A stretch of DNA of 63,403 nucleotides, counting the filler, from Choristocarpus tenellus KU-1152 (taxonomy: Eukaryota; Protista; Phaeophyceae): the NCBI GenBank assembly GCA_964200185.2. It is 14 parts of 14 records of this genome, joined end to end, with 100 filler letters (N's around TTAATTAATTAA, not from the genome) between each part and the next. Parts side by side here need not be neighbours in the genome. Positions count along the whole stretch, not along the records: positions 1 to 10,275 come from CAXNAD020003023.1; positions 10,376 to 15,315 come from CAXNAD020012452.1; 12 more parts are not named here. One strand, written 5' to 3'. A model generated the notes under the pieces. The model had not been told where the DNA came from, did no database searches, and saw only the letters and a program-made list of their open reading frames with translations. Of the stretch, positions 1 through 12,092 are shown piece after piece. The first letter of the stretch is position 1; each line of letters begins with the position of its first letter. The translations under genes and the position numbers were made by a program.

Positions 1-823
1 GGCACATAGTGTAGAAAGTTGAAGTGGGTGTTGGGGTTCTTATCTGATGCAGTGAATTACACGTTTTGGCCTGTTTGTGCAGACAAAACATGTGTTTGGG
101 CTAGGAAAATGAGAAGGAAAAAAAACGGTTGTGAATCTGTGTTGTGAAATTGTTAGTTAATGGGAACTGCATATAGGGGAAGGGAATCGGATGACGAGGC
201 TGCATTGTGTATGGTTGGATTTGAATTGGATTGAAGTAGTGATTCATTTTGATTTCTTAGTTGATAGTATGGAGTGTAGGGAAGGAATGTTGTATTGTTA
301 ATGTTGTGAATGAGGATTTGAGAAGGGCTGTAAACGAAAGAGGGAAGAAGGGTGAAAAGGAGGGAAGATATCTGGAAGTGTGCACTTGTAGACAACACTG
401 ACAACAATTGTGTCATCATTGAATCAAGCATTTGCACTCAAAGATTGACATCAACACCAGAGTTATGCGAGGAGATAGTTTTTTTGTGAGAGAAGAAATG
501 AGGTGGGAGTTTGACAGAGTGGGATCCATGTGCAGAAGTAAGGGGCAGCCATGAAGGCACTTGTTGGTGTCTTGCTGGCCATGGAGGAAGGGAAGGACGT
601 TCTGCCTCTGAAATGTGTACATAACGTGCAAAATTAGTAATAATGAAGATTGAACTCTATACTGTCCAACTCATCACTGATATTTTATCGTGCACAGGTG
701 TATAGATGCAAAATGTTACTTGTAAGTGTGATAACATGCAGATTATGGGGCTAGATAAATGTGCTTCTGTTTGTAAACTCTCATACTAATGTATGAATTA
801 TTGTGTCTCATCCATATCAAGTA

Positions 824-1079
824 GAGTGATAGTGTCTTAGAGGATAGAGCCGTGTCCATTTGGAGACCAAATTCCAATATTGCGATTTTGATGTAATCTC
901 GGTTATTGTATTTATTAGGAAGTCTCAATGTCCTTGTCCTGGACACACCGTTTAATAACGTCTACATTTGACCTACTACGAAACATTAGTTCGGAGTAGG
1001 AAAATGTCATAAAAAGACTGAGAAGCCAAATCCCAAACACACAAAAAGGGCAAAACTCGTACACTCTTCTCTTTCACTC
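824..1079 (+). mobile_element. MITE subtype A (~256 bp, TIR-bounded), 3-bp TSD GTA
   Basis: Begins GAGTGATAGTGTCTTAGAGG, ends CTTTCACTC; GTA on both flanks; colinear with copies at 9008, 29572, 41798, 43114. Confidence 0.85.
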
Positions 1080-1512
1080 GTACACATGGTACATCCTTTT
1101 AAGTGGTATTCACATAGCATGCCCGTTATAACAGTGTTCTAAACAGGGCAAGATCGAGGCCTGATTTGGTTAGGCTCTTCTACAGTCCTGGTTCGGCTGT
1201 ACTATCCACATCTTACCTCGGACTGGTCCACAGTCTGGTCTGGTTATGATCTCTGCTGGTCCTTCACTGGTCCCGTTCAAAACTTTCAACTCGGATCTAT
1301 CCCTGGCCTGGCCCCTTTAAGTTCTGTCAGTCCAGTGTACGGTCCTGATCTTCGGTGTAAATGTCATGTGCTGGTGAGAGGGATCTGTTGGTGAGTAGTT
1401 ATTTCACTACTTTTTTGTTTTCCTGCGCCCTGTGGATGGATTTCGACAAAGGATGGCTCCCTGATATGATCAGTGCCTTAGCCTCGTGTGTGTGGAAGTG
1501 ATCTTCTGGATT

Positions 1513-1698
1513 GGCTCAAAGTATCTGGGGAGGGGGGTGGCAGCTGTCCATTTGGGGCCAATTTTGGTATGTCGCGATTTTTGTGTGATTTGGTTCCATA
1601 AGTCGGATGGATAATGAAAGTGCACTTTTCCTGGTTTTGGTCCAAATGGACACCCTGGTGTAGACCCCTCCCCCCCCTCCCCCCAGATACTCTGGACC
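1513..1698 (+). mobile_element. MITE subtype B (186 bp), 3-bp TSD ATT
   Basis: TIRs GGCTCAAAGTATCTGGGG / CCCCAGATACTCTGGACC; ATT on both flanks; partial copies at 10376, 31144, 59905, 63349. Confidence 0.85.
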
Positions 1699-3239
1699 AT
1701 TATTGTATCACATCGCTTTACCCTTACCCTCTACAACTACGTAAAGACAGCTCCGACAGCACTATAAGAAGAGATGTTGGACTCATCTGCATACAGCACC
1801 TGATGCATGATCTTTTACTACAAATAGCTTTCAACTCACCGGGTCAAACATCTGACCCTGCATAGTATCTGAGGACCCCAATCATTCACTTTGTGAACAA
1901 GATTAAAATATTAACTAAATCAATATCACTATTACAATATTACAATATTTCAAACTCTGTTGTCTATCTTTTGGTTTCAACTTTACCCCACCCCCTAACT
2001 ACTTTCACATTACTCCCATGCGTAAAAGCAACAATGGAGGGCTAGATAACCGATCCTGTTGTGATTTGACTCAGTAATACCAGAATTAAATGCGATGGTT
2101 TGGAGGTACAGGGAATAAATTTGTGTCTTTTCACACTACTTTTCTTCTGTGATCGTGGTATTATTAGTGGAAACGCCTACGTTAATATCTGGACCGCCCG
2201 TTATCTAGTTTGGCAGCCATTGAAGAACCATGTCCATGTTGGATGACTATATTGCTCATCAACAGAGTTTTTGGTATCCAGAACAACATCATGGCATCAA
2301 ATTAATAATAACCGACATCACTCCTACTACTACTGTCTCAGAGTGATTGCAGATTGTTGTTCCATAATGTTCTCTCATTTTCATCATTCCGAAAAAATTG
2401 GATTAGGAATTTGCATTTACTATTGTCCCTCAATTAAAAAAAAATATATCCCTTACAATTTTGGGGGGATACTGTATCTAATGATGAGTCATACAAACTG
2501 GGAAGCACACACCGCGTGCTGTCCGTTTTGCACCATAAGCTATTTTTTCGCACTACTGGTGTGCAATATACCCTATTATTTTATCTTACTTGCATAACAA
2601 AAGCCCCCAAAAACAAAGGTGTCATTACAGAAGAGAGACTGAAAAAAAACAGCACAATTTAGGAAAGGCGTTTTACATCATGTACGGAGAGACCCTATTT
2701 CTGGTTATTTCTGGGGTCATTATGTAATGCAACCGCGCATACCTTTCGGTTAGTATGAATCAATGCAATCTAGTAAACGATTGCTTTAGTTAAATGTTTG
2801 CATACGGGAGTGTCACGATTATGTCTTATGTTGTGACATAGAAGTAGTAGAAGCAAGGAATAGGAAAAAAATCTTGTTTAGTCCTGTTCAAAGGTTCGTA
2901 GACTTTTGAGGCCTGCCTTCCCTGACTTAAGGTGTTATGAAATCCAAGAGTGTAATAAAGCACCCTACGCCCAGAAACTCACTCTACTCTTCTTATAATA
3001 GTGTAAGACAAGGCAGTGTTTGAAACGGTGTTGAATCATTAAAGAAACGGGATGTCAGCAACAAATGTATGTGATTATGAGAAAATTATGTTCACACAAA
3101 ATTAGGCGTAATTTGTTCCGAACAGTGTTGCTCCTACTACTATTTCGGTAGTACTTGTTTGTGTATTCATAGTGCAACTATTCGAATTTTCTATTTTTTC
3201 AAGTACTCCATAATTTGTTAGGTATTGAGAGTCAAGCCT

Positions 3240-4540
3240 GTCCCAATACGGCCAGGTCCCACCCGCTCGCAAATCCGATCACCAGGTCGTTCAGCCACAG
3301 GGTTTAAGAACAAAATGAAGTAATTGACATCAACCCCCCTTCTTCGTGCTTTTATAAGAAAGAAATGCTTGTTGGCTTTAAAACTTCACTCACTACTTTC
3401 TTGAGCCCATCTTGTATAGGTATAGCTACATTATTTTTTCCCGGTTTGAGTATACTGTTAAACGACAAATATTTCGGTGCACACTTAAAAACAACAACAA
3501 GCTATATTTTCAACTGTGAAGAAGAGCATACTTGGGGGGTGATGATACAGGCAACGACGGATTGGTTCAGTGACCCCTCCTCCAAGGAGTTACCCTACTT
3601 GCGCATAAGCTTTTTTCTCCCCACCTGCTCATTGATATGGTCTTGTCTAGATAGTAGACTTCAAAGCATCACTAATTGTGCATGGTTGTCCTACGTAGTG
3701 ACCTCTTGAATATCAAGAGCAAGGTTTGAGTGTGTGGTGGGTGTGGGTAAAAGCCTCTTTGTCACAGGATTACAGTGTCACTGACCTGCGAGGCTTTGTA
3801 GTATTGATAACAGATTGTGACTACACCATCATATCAATTTTGAGGATTTTAAGGTATTCTCCCTGTTAGAACTACTATTCCCACAAAAATCACTGGGCAG
3901 GGTCAACGATTAGTAAGAAAGTAATGTCTGCAAATGGCTCGACTCACTTGATGGGCCCCAGAGTGGTATTGTAGAGGGCAAAGTGACGAGCAATGGATTC
4001 GTTGAGTGATTTTCAGACTTCAGGTGCCAATGCAGGTCAAGTTTGTGGTCGCAAGGAAGGTTGAGTACATAGTAGTCAGCATCTACTGTGAGTCACATGA
4101 GTATTCACTCCACTGGAGCAACCATTTTTCCGCTCCCCATACCAATAGATGTTCCAAACACTTAGAGGACGATGAGGAACCCTGTTGAAAAGCACAACAC
4201 TCCTTCTGTCCCAGACACATTATAGGGGGATGGATCTAGAGGAGGCAGATACAGCCCAATGTCTTGAGCATATTCCATTAAACATTCCTTGGAGCTGGAC
4301 TTCCATGGTCTCATTCTGTAGCCGCAACACTATATGTGAACATATTGTACTTATTCCCTCTTCTTCATCCCTGATTATGCGTAGGACCAACTTTGCCTGG
4401 TCAATGTGATATTCTGTCCAGGTTATCTCGTTTGTCCAAAGCAGTCCAGCAAAGTGTACTCGTTCACTGATGGTACCCTGTCATCCCTTAGCCTTACATG
4501 AAAGTTCCTCGCATTGTCAAGAGGAAGTCTGTGGAAGGCA
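3240..4540 (-). pseudogene. Decayed coding remnant with a Ulp1/C48 protease-like motif (LWLNDLVIGF); probably TE-derived
   Basis: Minus-strand frames stay protein-like between scattered stops; ~3271-3303 translates to TLWLNDLVIGF, resembling the Ulp1 WLNDxVI motif. Catalytic His/Cys not identified. Confidence 0.3.
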
Positions 4541-5030
4541 GTACGCAAAGATTGTGAAAAATAAATAATACATTAGTTGGTCATTTGACCGAGAGGCGGC
4601 AACACAACGTGTGTGTGTTGTTAGTTGGCAAATGAACTCTTCTGTCTGTGACACAGGCTGCTTGCTCGTATACATAGCTATCATGTGACTTCATAGGCAA
4701 GGGATACTTCAAATTGCTTGATGTAACAGATAGAAATCAAATGTTCCGGTTGTATCGAACAAGCTCTACAATTCGTTCGTATTTGTCAGAGAATTCAGGA
4801 TAAACATGTATTGTATGCAACTATACCATAAAGTTATACTATGCTTTGTTGCAGAGATTTGTGCAATGTACTGTTCTAACTCCTTGGCGAGAAGTCTTCG
4901 ACATAGATCCTGGTCACCCCCATGCGTGGACATCCGAATCGTCAAGCTAACATCAAGGCATCATAACGTTAATAAATATCAATAATAGCGATTTTCTTAA
5001 GATACTGTCTATATAGGACTACTCTCCAAT

Positions 5031-7403
5031 TTATACTTCTTCTATTGCATGATACTCTGGAGGTTCGTTCACACTAGAGCCTTCATCAACTTCCAGCTCC
5101 GCCCTTGACTCCCTCCAGCTTACCTGTGTTCCACGATTTTGCACGGGACGGTGTATCAACCGTGCCAGTAAGGCTGAGAGTGCTGACCCCTCCACCATAG
5201 GCGATGGTGGCTCCCTAGTATCTAGCGGTCCCTGGGAGAGGGGGGTGCAAAGAAACGGGTTGAATTGATAGTCCACATTTGCCAGGGCGCTAGGTAGGAC
5301 AGCAGACGGCGAGGAGCAGGACGACCAGTTGTTGCTGTCTGAGTCTTGGGCAGACAAACTGTCACCCAGGTCATCACTTTCGAAGTAGTCCCAATCTCTC
5401 CACGACTCTGTTGGATCTATTATATCCGGAGAAGGTACTGGCAATGTCAGCGTCTGTTGCTCTAGGGGCCTTGTTGGTGAAGGTGGCTGTGGTGCTGGGA
5501 GTGCCGTTTTATCTCCAAAGCTCTGTGCTGCATGGGCTGTGGTGTTGGGGGCTAGGGATAAGTTAGGAGTGGGAGGAGGCTCCCAAGGGGCCTGACGTAT
5601 GGCCCCATTTGCTGTGAGTGCGTCACATTGGTTCAGAAGGGCGTAGACCTTTTCAGCTAGGGTGACCTTTGGCAAGCGCTTTGGCATGGGCTGTCCCCCA
5701 TATTTGTAAACACAAACCAGCTGGTCATATGTCAATGCCTGGTACAGCACCAGCTCAGAAACTGACCGTGAGCCAAGCCTGGTGAGAATTGCTTGCACCT
5801 CTTCCACGCTAGGCACAGCAGTATTGAGATATGATATTGCTGGCTTAACTGCCTGAGAGCCAACACTGCCTGAACCTAGTCCTTGCGTTTTTGTTTTCTT
5901 AGCTGACGGCATCATACGTACTCCTTTTTCCTTACTGTAAGCTTTCTTAGCAACCCTGACCCCCTCACTATTTCCTGCGACGAGAGAACTTATGGAGGAC
6001 GCCGGTACGCTCTTTTTCTGGTCCATCTGGCGGACGGGACGAATCCCATCCTGTACAACATCAAGGTGACTAACGTCCGAGCAAGAACGAAGAGATGCCG
6101 GCGCTCTTGTGAATGGTACATGGTGTACGCTTCTTGTACGTTTATGAGATTCTCCTTGCGAATCCTGTACCGTCTCTTCCATGGCGAGATGCGCAGGAGC
6201 TCCACCAGAGGTTACTCCTAGATATTCGCGGCCTTCGTGATGTTGAGCATCAGTTGTGTTGCTCGTAGCACGATTGACTTCTCGTGCATCTTGTATCATA
6301 ACCTCTCTATTTTGTTTGGATGTGGCCAGGTTGCTCTCTAGATTCGTACACGTTGAAGTTGAGCTGCCTTTGAGGTAGTGAGTGTTGATGTCCTTCTTGG
6401 AAGTCGGGTATAAATGGCTGTGGTCAAAGGGATAGGTTTTTATTGAATCTACTTTCTTGTCGATGTTTACCTCTTGCTGGCGCACAATTGCTGTGTGTGT
6501 GTCATCCTCGTGGGTTGCGATATCACTGATAACGTCAAGAGCAGAGTCCTTTGAAGGGAGATACATCTCACTAACAGGAGATTGATGGGACAGACGAAGA
6601 TCTTCCACGTGCCCTCTCTCGGTCAGAGATTCCACAAGGGCTTCCCTCTCGAAGGTGATTTCGATCGGACGAGGTCCTAGCACCACCCTCTTCTGGACCT
6701 CCTCAAGGTCAAGAGTAGTAACGTCTGAGTCTCCCACAGCAATTACTCTATCGCCGACCTGTACCTTGGTCGCATCCCCCTCGAATAAGCTGGCTGTGTC
6801 GATGTAACATATGACAACCGACTTTCCGTCTGATCCTCCTGTTGCGAGTGTGAGGCCAAGCTGCTGCCGAGAGAAGGAAACTGACACTTTACGATTCTCA
6901 GGTTCTCTACTGTTGTTCGAGGTGGATGGAAATCTGGAGGGGTTGGTGGACTCGGAAAATCCTGACCTGGCGGCAACCTGTACAGAAGGGGTTGTAGGCG
7001 TTAAACTTTGGGTTCCACTGCCCCTGCCATTGGACGCTTTTCCCCCATGTTCCACTCTGCCTGCGCGGAGATCTTCTTCCCTGAGGCCCTCGGTGTTCCG
7101 TTTTCGATCGCTGCTGCCCTGATGCCCTGAATTGGAGTTCTCTTGTGACCCTCCCTGGTCCTTCGGCACTTCTTGAGCGGCATCACGATAACCGACCTGG
7201 TAAACATCTTGATTCACATTACTAGGCTGTTGACTCCTGTTTTTCTCGCGCAAGTTCGTCGTACGCAGTAAATCTGGGCTGCTCTCTTCGGCCTCTTCAT
7301 CCGTGGTGCTATCTTCATCTGGATCGAATACTGTGTTGTTCTCAGTGTCGCACAACAGTGTGTTGTTGCGACTGGTGGAGACAGGGAAGAAAACACGCGG
7401 CAT
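5031..7403 (-). CDS. 790-aa mostly disordered protein with one PDZ domain and a possible SAP/HeH-like motif
   Basis: Uninterrupted 2.37-kb ORF. ~6645-6893 encodes RKVSVSFSRQQLGLTL...KVQVGDRVIAVGDSDVTTLDLEEVQKRVVLGPRPIEITFER (PDZ signature); ~5630-5740 encodes LTYDQLVCVYKYGGQPMPKRLPKVTLAEKV. Confidence 0.7.
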   Translation of the reverse strand: MPRVFFPVSTSRNNTLLCDTENNTVFDPDEDSTTDEEAEESSPDLLRTTNLREKNRSQQPSNVNQDVYQVGYRDAAQEVPKDQGGSQENSNSGHQGSSDRKRNTEGLREEDLRAGRVEHGGKASNGRGSGTQSLTPTTPSVQVAARSGFSESTNPSRFPSTSNNSREPENRKVSVSFSRQQLGLTLATGGSDGKSVVICYIDTASLFEGDATKVQVGDRVIAVGDSDVTTLDLEEVQKRVVLGPRPIEITFEREALVESLTERGHVEDLRLSHQSPVSEMYLPSKDSALDVISDIATHEDDTHTAIVRQQEVNIDKKVDSIKTYPFDHSHLYPTSKKDINTHYLKGSSTSTCTNLESNLATSKQNREVMIQDAREVNRATSNTTDAQHHEGREYLGVTSGGAPAHLAMEETVQDSQGESHKRTRSVHHVPFTRAPASLRSCSDVSHLDVVQDGIRPVRQMDQKKSVPASSISSLVAGNSEGVRVAKKAYSKEKGVRMMPSAKKTKTQGLGSGSVGSQAVKPAISYLNTAVPSVEEVQAILTRLGSRSVSELVLYQALTYDQLVCVYKYGGQPMPKRLPKVTLAEKVYALLNQCDALTANGAIRQAPWEPPPTPNLSLAPNTTAHAAQSFGDKTALPAPQPPSPTRPLEQQTLTLPVPSPDIIDPTESWRDWDYFESDDLGDSLSAQDSDSNNWSSCSSPSAVLPSALANVDYQFNPFLCTPLSQGPLDTREPPSPMVEGSALSALLARLIHRPVQNRGTQVSWRESRAELEVDEGSSVNEPPEYHAIEEV

Positions 7404-7607
7404 CGACCCTGCCCTACCACCCAGCGAGCTCTCTTTTTGGCGTTCGCCTTCTTTACTAGTAGAGATCTACAAATCGAGCTGCACCTCTGGGGGAGGTATA
7501 GGCCACGCAAAAGGGTCGTTCTTTCGCCGGTAACCTCGATTTGAGGTGTGGTGATCTAACAACTTCCTGTTTGTTTTTGTTGATACAACAAAGAATAAAG
7601 AATATTA

Positions 7608-7664
7608 AGTGAGTTTGGTGTCTAAACTAAGTGAGTTTGGTGTCTAAACAAAGCGAGTTTGGTA
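7608..7664. repeat. 22-bp tandem repeat (AAGTGAGTTTGGTGTCTAAACT, ~2.5 units)
   Basis: Directly visible, upstream of the PDZ ORF. Confidence 0.8.
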
Positions 7665-8069
7665 GTTCAACTTTCACGTTCCCTGGATAGAGGGTGGTTT
7701 GAGGGGACCTTGCAAAGCCCCCTCGTTCATTTTTCACTGTTTCGCTCTTTCCTGAGTGATTGCTCCCCCTCTTGCCTTTTCTCTCTCCATTTCTTTCTTC
7801 CTGTGGATCTTCCCGCTCCTGCTCAGTCTCCAGAACCTGTCGGCCTGTTTCCATCTGTTTCACAGTGGAGACGACGACAATCATTCTGAAGAGGGAGAGT
7901 ACTTTAGCAGTGCGTTTGGAGAAACTCTAAGTACATTACCCGTACTTTGAGCACCACACTTACCCTATATACGTATGCCACATCTCTCTGACTGGCATAT
8001 ATACTCGTAGTTCGATTAAGGAGATGACGCAACACGTTCCACACAACAGAGAATCGTTTTCAGAGTCTC

Positions 8070-8915
8070 ATGGCTGAGGAATTCAAAGGGGACAAACCAG
8101 ACGAACACCTTCTACCAGTGCTCTATGATGAAGATCCTCTCTATATATCGTTTGACGAAGTTATTCTTGGAAGGAAGCTTCTACTTCACAAATATGATCA
8201 GGAAGCTTTAACAGTCGATTTAAAAACATATCGACACTTTGTCCCAGTCAATTTTGGGTCAAGCCCATCCTCAATGAAAAGCTTCATCCTCAATTTTTGA
8301 AATCGGCTGTTCTTTGTGAGCACAGATTTCTGGGTGGTTGATCAACGTGTTGTGCAACAGTTTTTATGTCAGTGAATAATCACCCCCCCTCAGTCAACAA
8401 CCCTTACCGTTAACACACCTTGTTACCCAGACTGTAAATGTCCCGTCAACATCTTTATAGATGCTTTTGTCAACACCACCAGTGCCATCGTCAACATCTT
8501 CGACTGGGGAAGTGTTCATCAATTTCATCAATTCCGAGTTGAAGGCAGCCACCAAAGAAAACGCCATCATGGACCTTATTTGGAACTTGGCAGAGACGAG
8601 GGACATGACGAATGTAAGGCAATCCACACCTATTTCCACCACAACTGTTTTGGCGAAAATGTCGTTAGCAACTTCCCCAAAAGGTATGTTTTCCCTCAAT
8701 TAGAATTGATGTATCGAACCTTTCTGACAAGTTTCCGTATACATGTCACACTTCAACTCCACGATTCACAACGCGACCAAACGATCATTGATCAAGGATG
8801 TATGGTCGATTTGCCTCTATTTTTAGATTCAAATGCCAGCATGGTATATTTTCACACTAAGGAAGAGTTGAACGACTTTCCCCTCCCCATTCCGCGCTAT
8901 TTAAATGCAGAATAA
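8070..8915 (+). pseudogene. Fragmented ORF divergent from the PDZ gene; function unknown
   Basis: MAEEFKGDKPDEHLLPVLYDEDPLYISFDE... followed by further protein-like fragments in shifting frames. Confidence 0.3.
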
Positions 8916-9007
8916 TTCCACCAATCCTATTGCCACCGTCGTTCCTAAAATATGGGATTAATTATGTACACATATTGGGGTAATATTTCCCAAAAATCCA
9001 ATGAAAA

Positions 9008-9263
9008 GAGCCAAAGTACCTTAGAGGGTTAGAGCCGCGTCCATTTAAGGGCCAAATTCCAACGTTGCGATTTTGATGTAATTTTGGCTATCGTGTTGAT
9101 AGGAAGTGCCAATGTCCTTGTTCCTGTCACACCTTTTCATAACATGCACTTTACCTATTCCGAAAAAATTGGACTAGGAAAGTCATTAAAAAAAAAACAT
9201 GGGAAGGCAAGTCTCAAACGGACAAACAGGGCAAAACTCATACCCTCTAAGATACTTTCACTC
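9008..9263 (+). mobile_element. MITE subtype A, 3-bp TSD AAA
   Basis: GAGCCAAAGTACCTTAGAGGGT ... ACCCTCTAAGATACTTTCACTC (~22-bp TIR); AAA on both flanks. Confidence 0.9.
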
Positions 9264-10275
9264 AAACCTTGAAGCATACGCACTACATTTTCGATACCTT
9301 CTTGTTCTTGATGCATTTACTACAGGAGTTGATCGTTCATCTACGGATTCTAGCGACCATAAATATATCATCCAAATTTTTATTGTGGTCTTTGAAGGAG
9401 GACTACAACCCCATCTTAAATTAGAGCAGTTCAGCCAGTGAAGATGTTGGTTCTACATTATACGAAACTGTCAAACACGCTACTAAGCGTCATGAAGTCA
9501 ATAATCCAACAACGAGAAAAAGACATGCTCACGCACTGGGCCCTGTCCCTTCGATACTGCCGACTGTACCCACTGCCGACTCTGCTATTTCCTCCAGTCG
9601 CATTGCGCAGCCTTCGAATTCTGTCGGCAAAGATTGCTGCTCTTCAAGCTACAAATAAACGGCATGAACGAGAAGTCTGCAACCTTGATAGACACGTCAT
9701 TGGTAGCTCGGGTAGCAATCGAACCCCTTAAATGCCCCCTCCACCCTATTAATAGTTTCACTTCAACATGGTATTTCAGTACATTGTCACACTGTGCCTC
9801 TCTTCCTTTGTGCTATACTTCCGTTGTGTGTGCTGATAGAGCATATAATAGTTTTATGTACGTTTATCTTTAGTTTGGTACAACACAAAGTAGTAACGTA
9901 TAGTGTTGGCGGTCGCCTCCTGCGCATCAACTTTGTCGTGCCATAACTCTTGATCAACAGCGAGTTTTTTCGAAAAAATTAGTTTGCTGTGATTGCATCA
10001 GCATGCTTAACCTTATTTGATGGGTTTCGGTTGGTCAACTTACCCTAATCATGAGAAATATAGGACCATACTTAAATCAAGTATTCCGCGCGCAAGGCGC
10101 GCGGGGGTTGATATGCGGCGCGGGCGAACCGCGCATTTAAGGATGAATTCAAGGTCTGATGAGGTCATCTTCACCCGGAGAACATGGGTGTTGTTGTCTC
10201 TCCATTCTTTTTCCATTGTCTCCTGTTTATGCGATGTTATTACCTGCTGGCTAAGGCTTACTCATGAGGGCCCAG

Positions 10276-10375
10276 NNNNNNNNNNNNNNNNNNNNNNNNN
10301 NNNNNNNNNNNNNNNNNNNTTAATTAATTAANNNNNNNNNNNNNNNNNNNNNNNNNNNNNNNNNNNNNNNNNNNN
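10276..10375. other. Artificial contig linker (N-run, TTAATTAATTAA, N-run); also at 15316, 18438, 21609, 28466, 31313, 34526, 37638, 40875, 45627, 53958, 57029, 59805
   Basis: Identical 100-bp spacer occurs 13 times; TTAATTAATTAA places a stop in all six frames. Confidence 0.97.
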
Positions 10376-10412
10376 GGTGTAGACCTCCTCCCCCTCCCAG
10401 ATACTCTGGGTC
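10376..10412 (+). mobile_element. Right end of MITE subtype B at a contig start
   Basis: GGTGTAGACCTCC...CCCAGATACTCTGG matches 1657-1698. Confidence 0.7.
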
Positions 10413-11622
10413 GATCCACAATCTAATCAACGCAACCATAGAGACCGAGGTGGGAGGGTGGTCGGTGCTCCATTTATGTTGCCATATTTTATGTTCCTCA
10501 GATGAACATGGTGGGAAGATGCTCCTACTTCCCTCTCTCCTGGATCTCTCGTCTTGTAATATCCTCTTGTGTGATCTCTATACCTCATGCTACGATCTTT
10601 TCTTTTGCTTTCCCAACAAAATCACACTCATCTGCTGAGTTCTACACACTCAGATAAATACGTTGTAACAATGTTGTTGGGTGATAATCCTGGTAAGTAC
10701 TCCTGTGCCTCGATTTCAACAAACTCAATGGCCAGAATGGGGAGCTGCTACGCTGGGGTGGAAGCTCCCTAGGTAGTAACCACTCCAGCAGCCTCAGGGT
10801 CACCCCGATTGAGAGGTAGGCAGGTTTGAACCCTTTCGTGTTCTGAGAAATCCTTCTTGCCCTGTGCAATATACAATATTTTATTGCTCAATGTGCACAT
10901 TAGTGTACACAAAGTCGATCTTCTACCTTTTACACAAACAAAATAGCATGACAATTCAGCAAATGCTCTTTCTGCAATTGTACAAAATGGGATCTTCTTG
11001 CCCTTTCTCGGGATCCTTAAAATGCAACCCTGCCGATCTCTCAGCTCGTTTGACTCTCAGGAAGATAGGAACAGCCAGTGTGTCTGCCTGGGTTAGACCA
11101 TGGTGGTTGCGTAGGGTGGAAAAGAGTAGGAGAACTTCCTCCGCTAAGCAACCAAAATGCTTGAGCAGCAGCTGGAGTGAAAGACCCTCGAGGGAATGGT
11201 GCCTTGGTAGCAGGGATAAATTGTGCCTAGGTAGAAGGGGTGGTCTTTGCAAGGGGGAGTCTGTGCAAAATTTGATGATCGAGCTATATATACAGATGTA
11301 GCTAGCTGTGGGGTCTGTGCATAACTCTGACCTCCAAGATGACCAACATGGAGGAATTATCAACTATTAATATCGAAGACATCACAGATCAGGGCCAGCT
11401 CACAGAGTGTAAAATTGAAACACATTAATTCTGAACCAAATATACTATCTTATCATTTTTTTTTGTTAGACTACTTGTATGGAAGGGGGGGTGACTGATG
11501 ACTGTTACAAATATCCAACACTTTGCGTCTGTCCATCAATAACTAGCTATTATTCAAAATAATATCTTGCGTAGTACTAGAAATATGTATATTATTTTGT
11601 CTCAATTCCTTTAGAGTTCAAG

Positions 11623-12092
11623 TGTTACAGCACACTCCAAAGCTTACCTTCACAGGATGTGCAGCTCCAATATAAAGGCCTATAGATGGCGCTGATGCTT
11701 GTACAGGACTCCTGAGATAGTCAAAATGTCCAACGAGGATGATGGATATGAGATCAGCCGATAAGGGTACTTTCATGAATCAATAAGCATGAATATGAGA
11801 ATTGGTATCAGTCAAGAGTGAACCATATGGAACAGCCGATTTCAAAAATTGAGGATGGAGCTTTTCATTGAGGATGGGTTTGACCCAAAATTGACTGGGA
11901 TACACGCTGTTATGGGGAGTCTCGTCATCATTTACCGTTTTATTTTATTTCGGTTTTTTAGAGTCGTTGAAATACATCTGAGAACCGTGGCATACATTCT
12001 TACGTTACTGATCTTACTCCACAACATTTAGCAGATCGGAGTTCCCCCTTTTGGGGCTCCACACGCTCGTACACTGCTCGCGCTGGTTAAAG
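11623..12092 (+). mobile_element. LTR-like dispersed repeat (~470 bp, begins TGTTACAGCA)
   Basis: Reverse-complement homolog at 28869-29279; first ~100 bp shared with solo LTRs at 61377 and 62038; short fragment at ~45565-45626. Confidence 0.7.

Noticed and set aside
1140-1350. Degenerate CTGGTC-rich repeats
   Set aside because: No definable unit or second copy.
10450-11363. Minus-strand ORF fragments as a gene
   Set aside because: No recognisable motif, several stops and no consistent exon chain.
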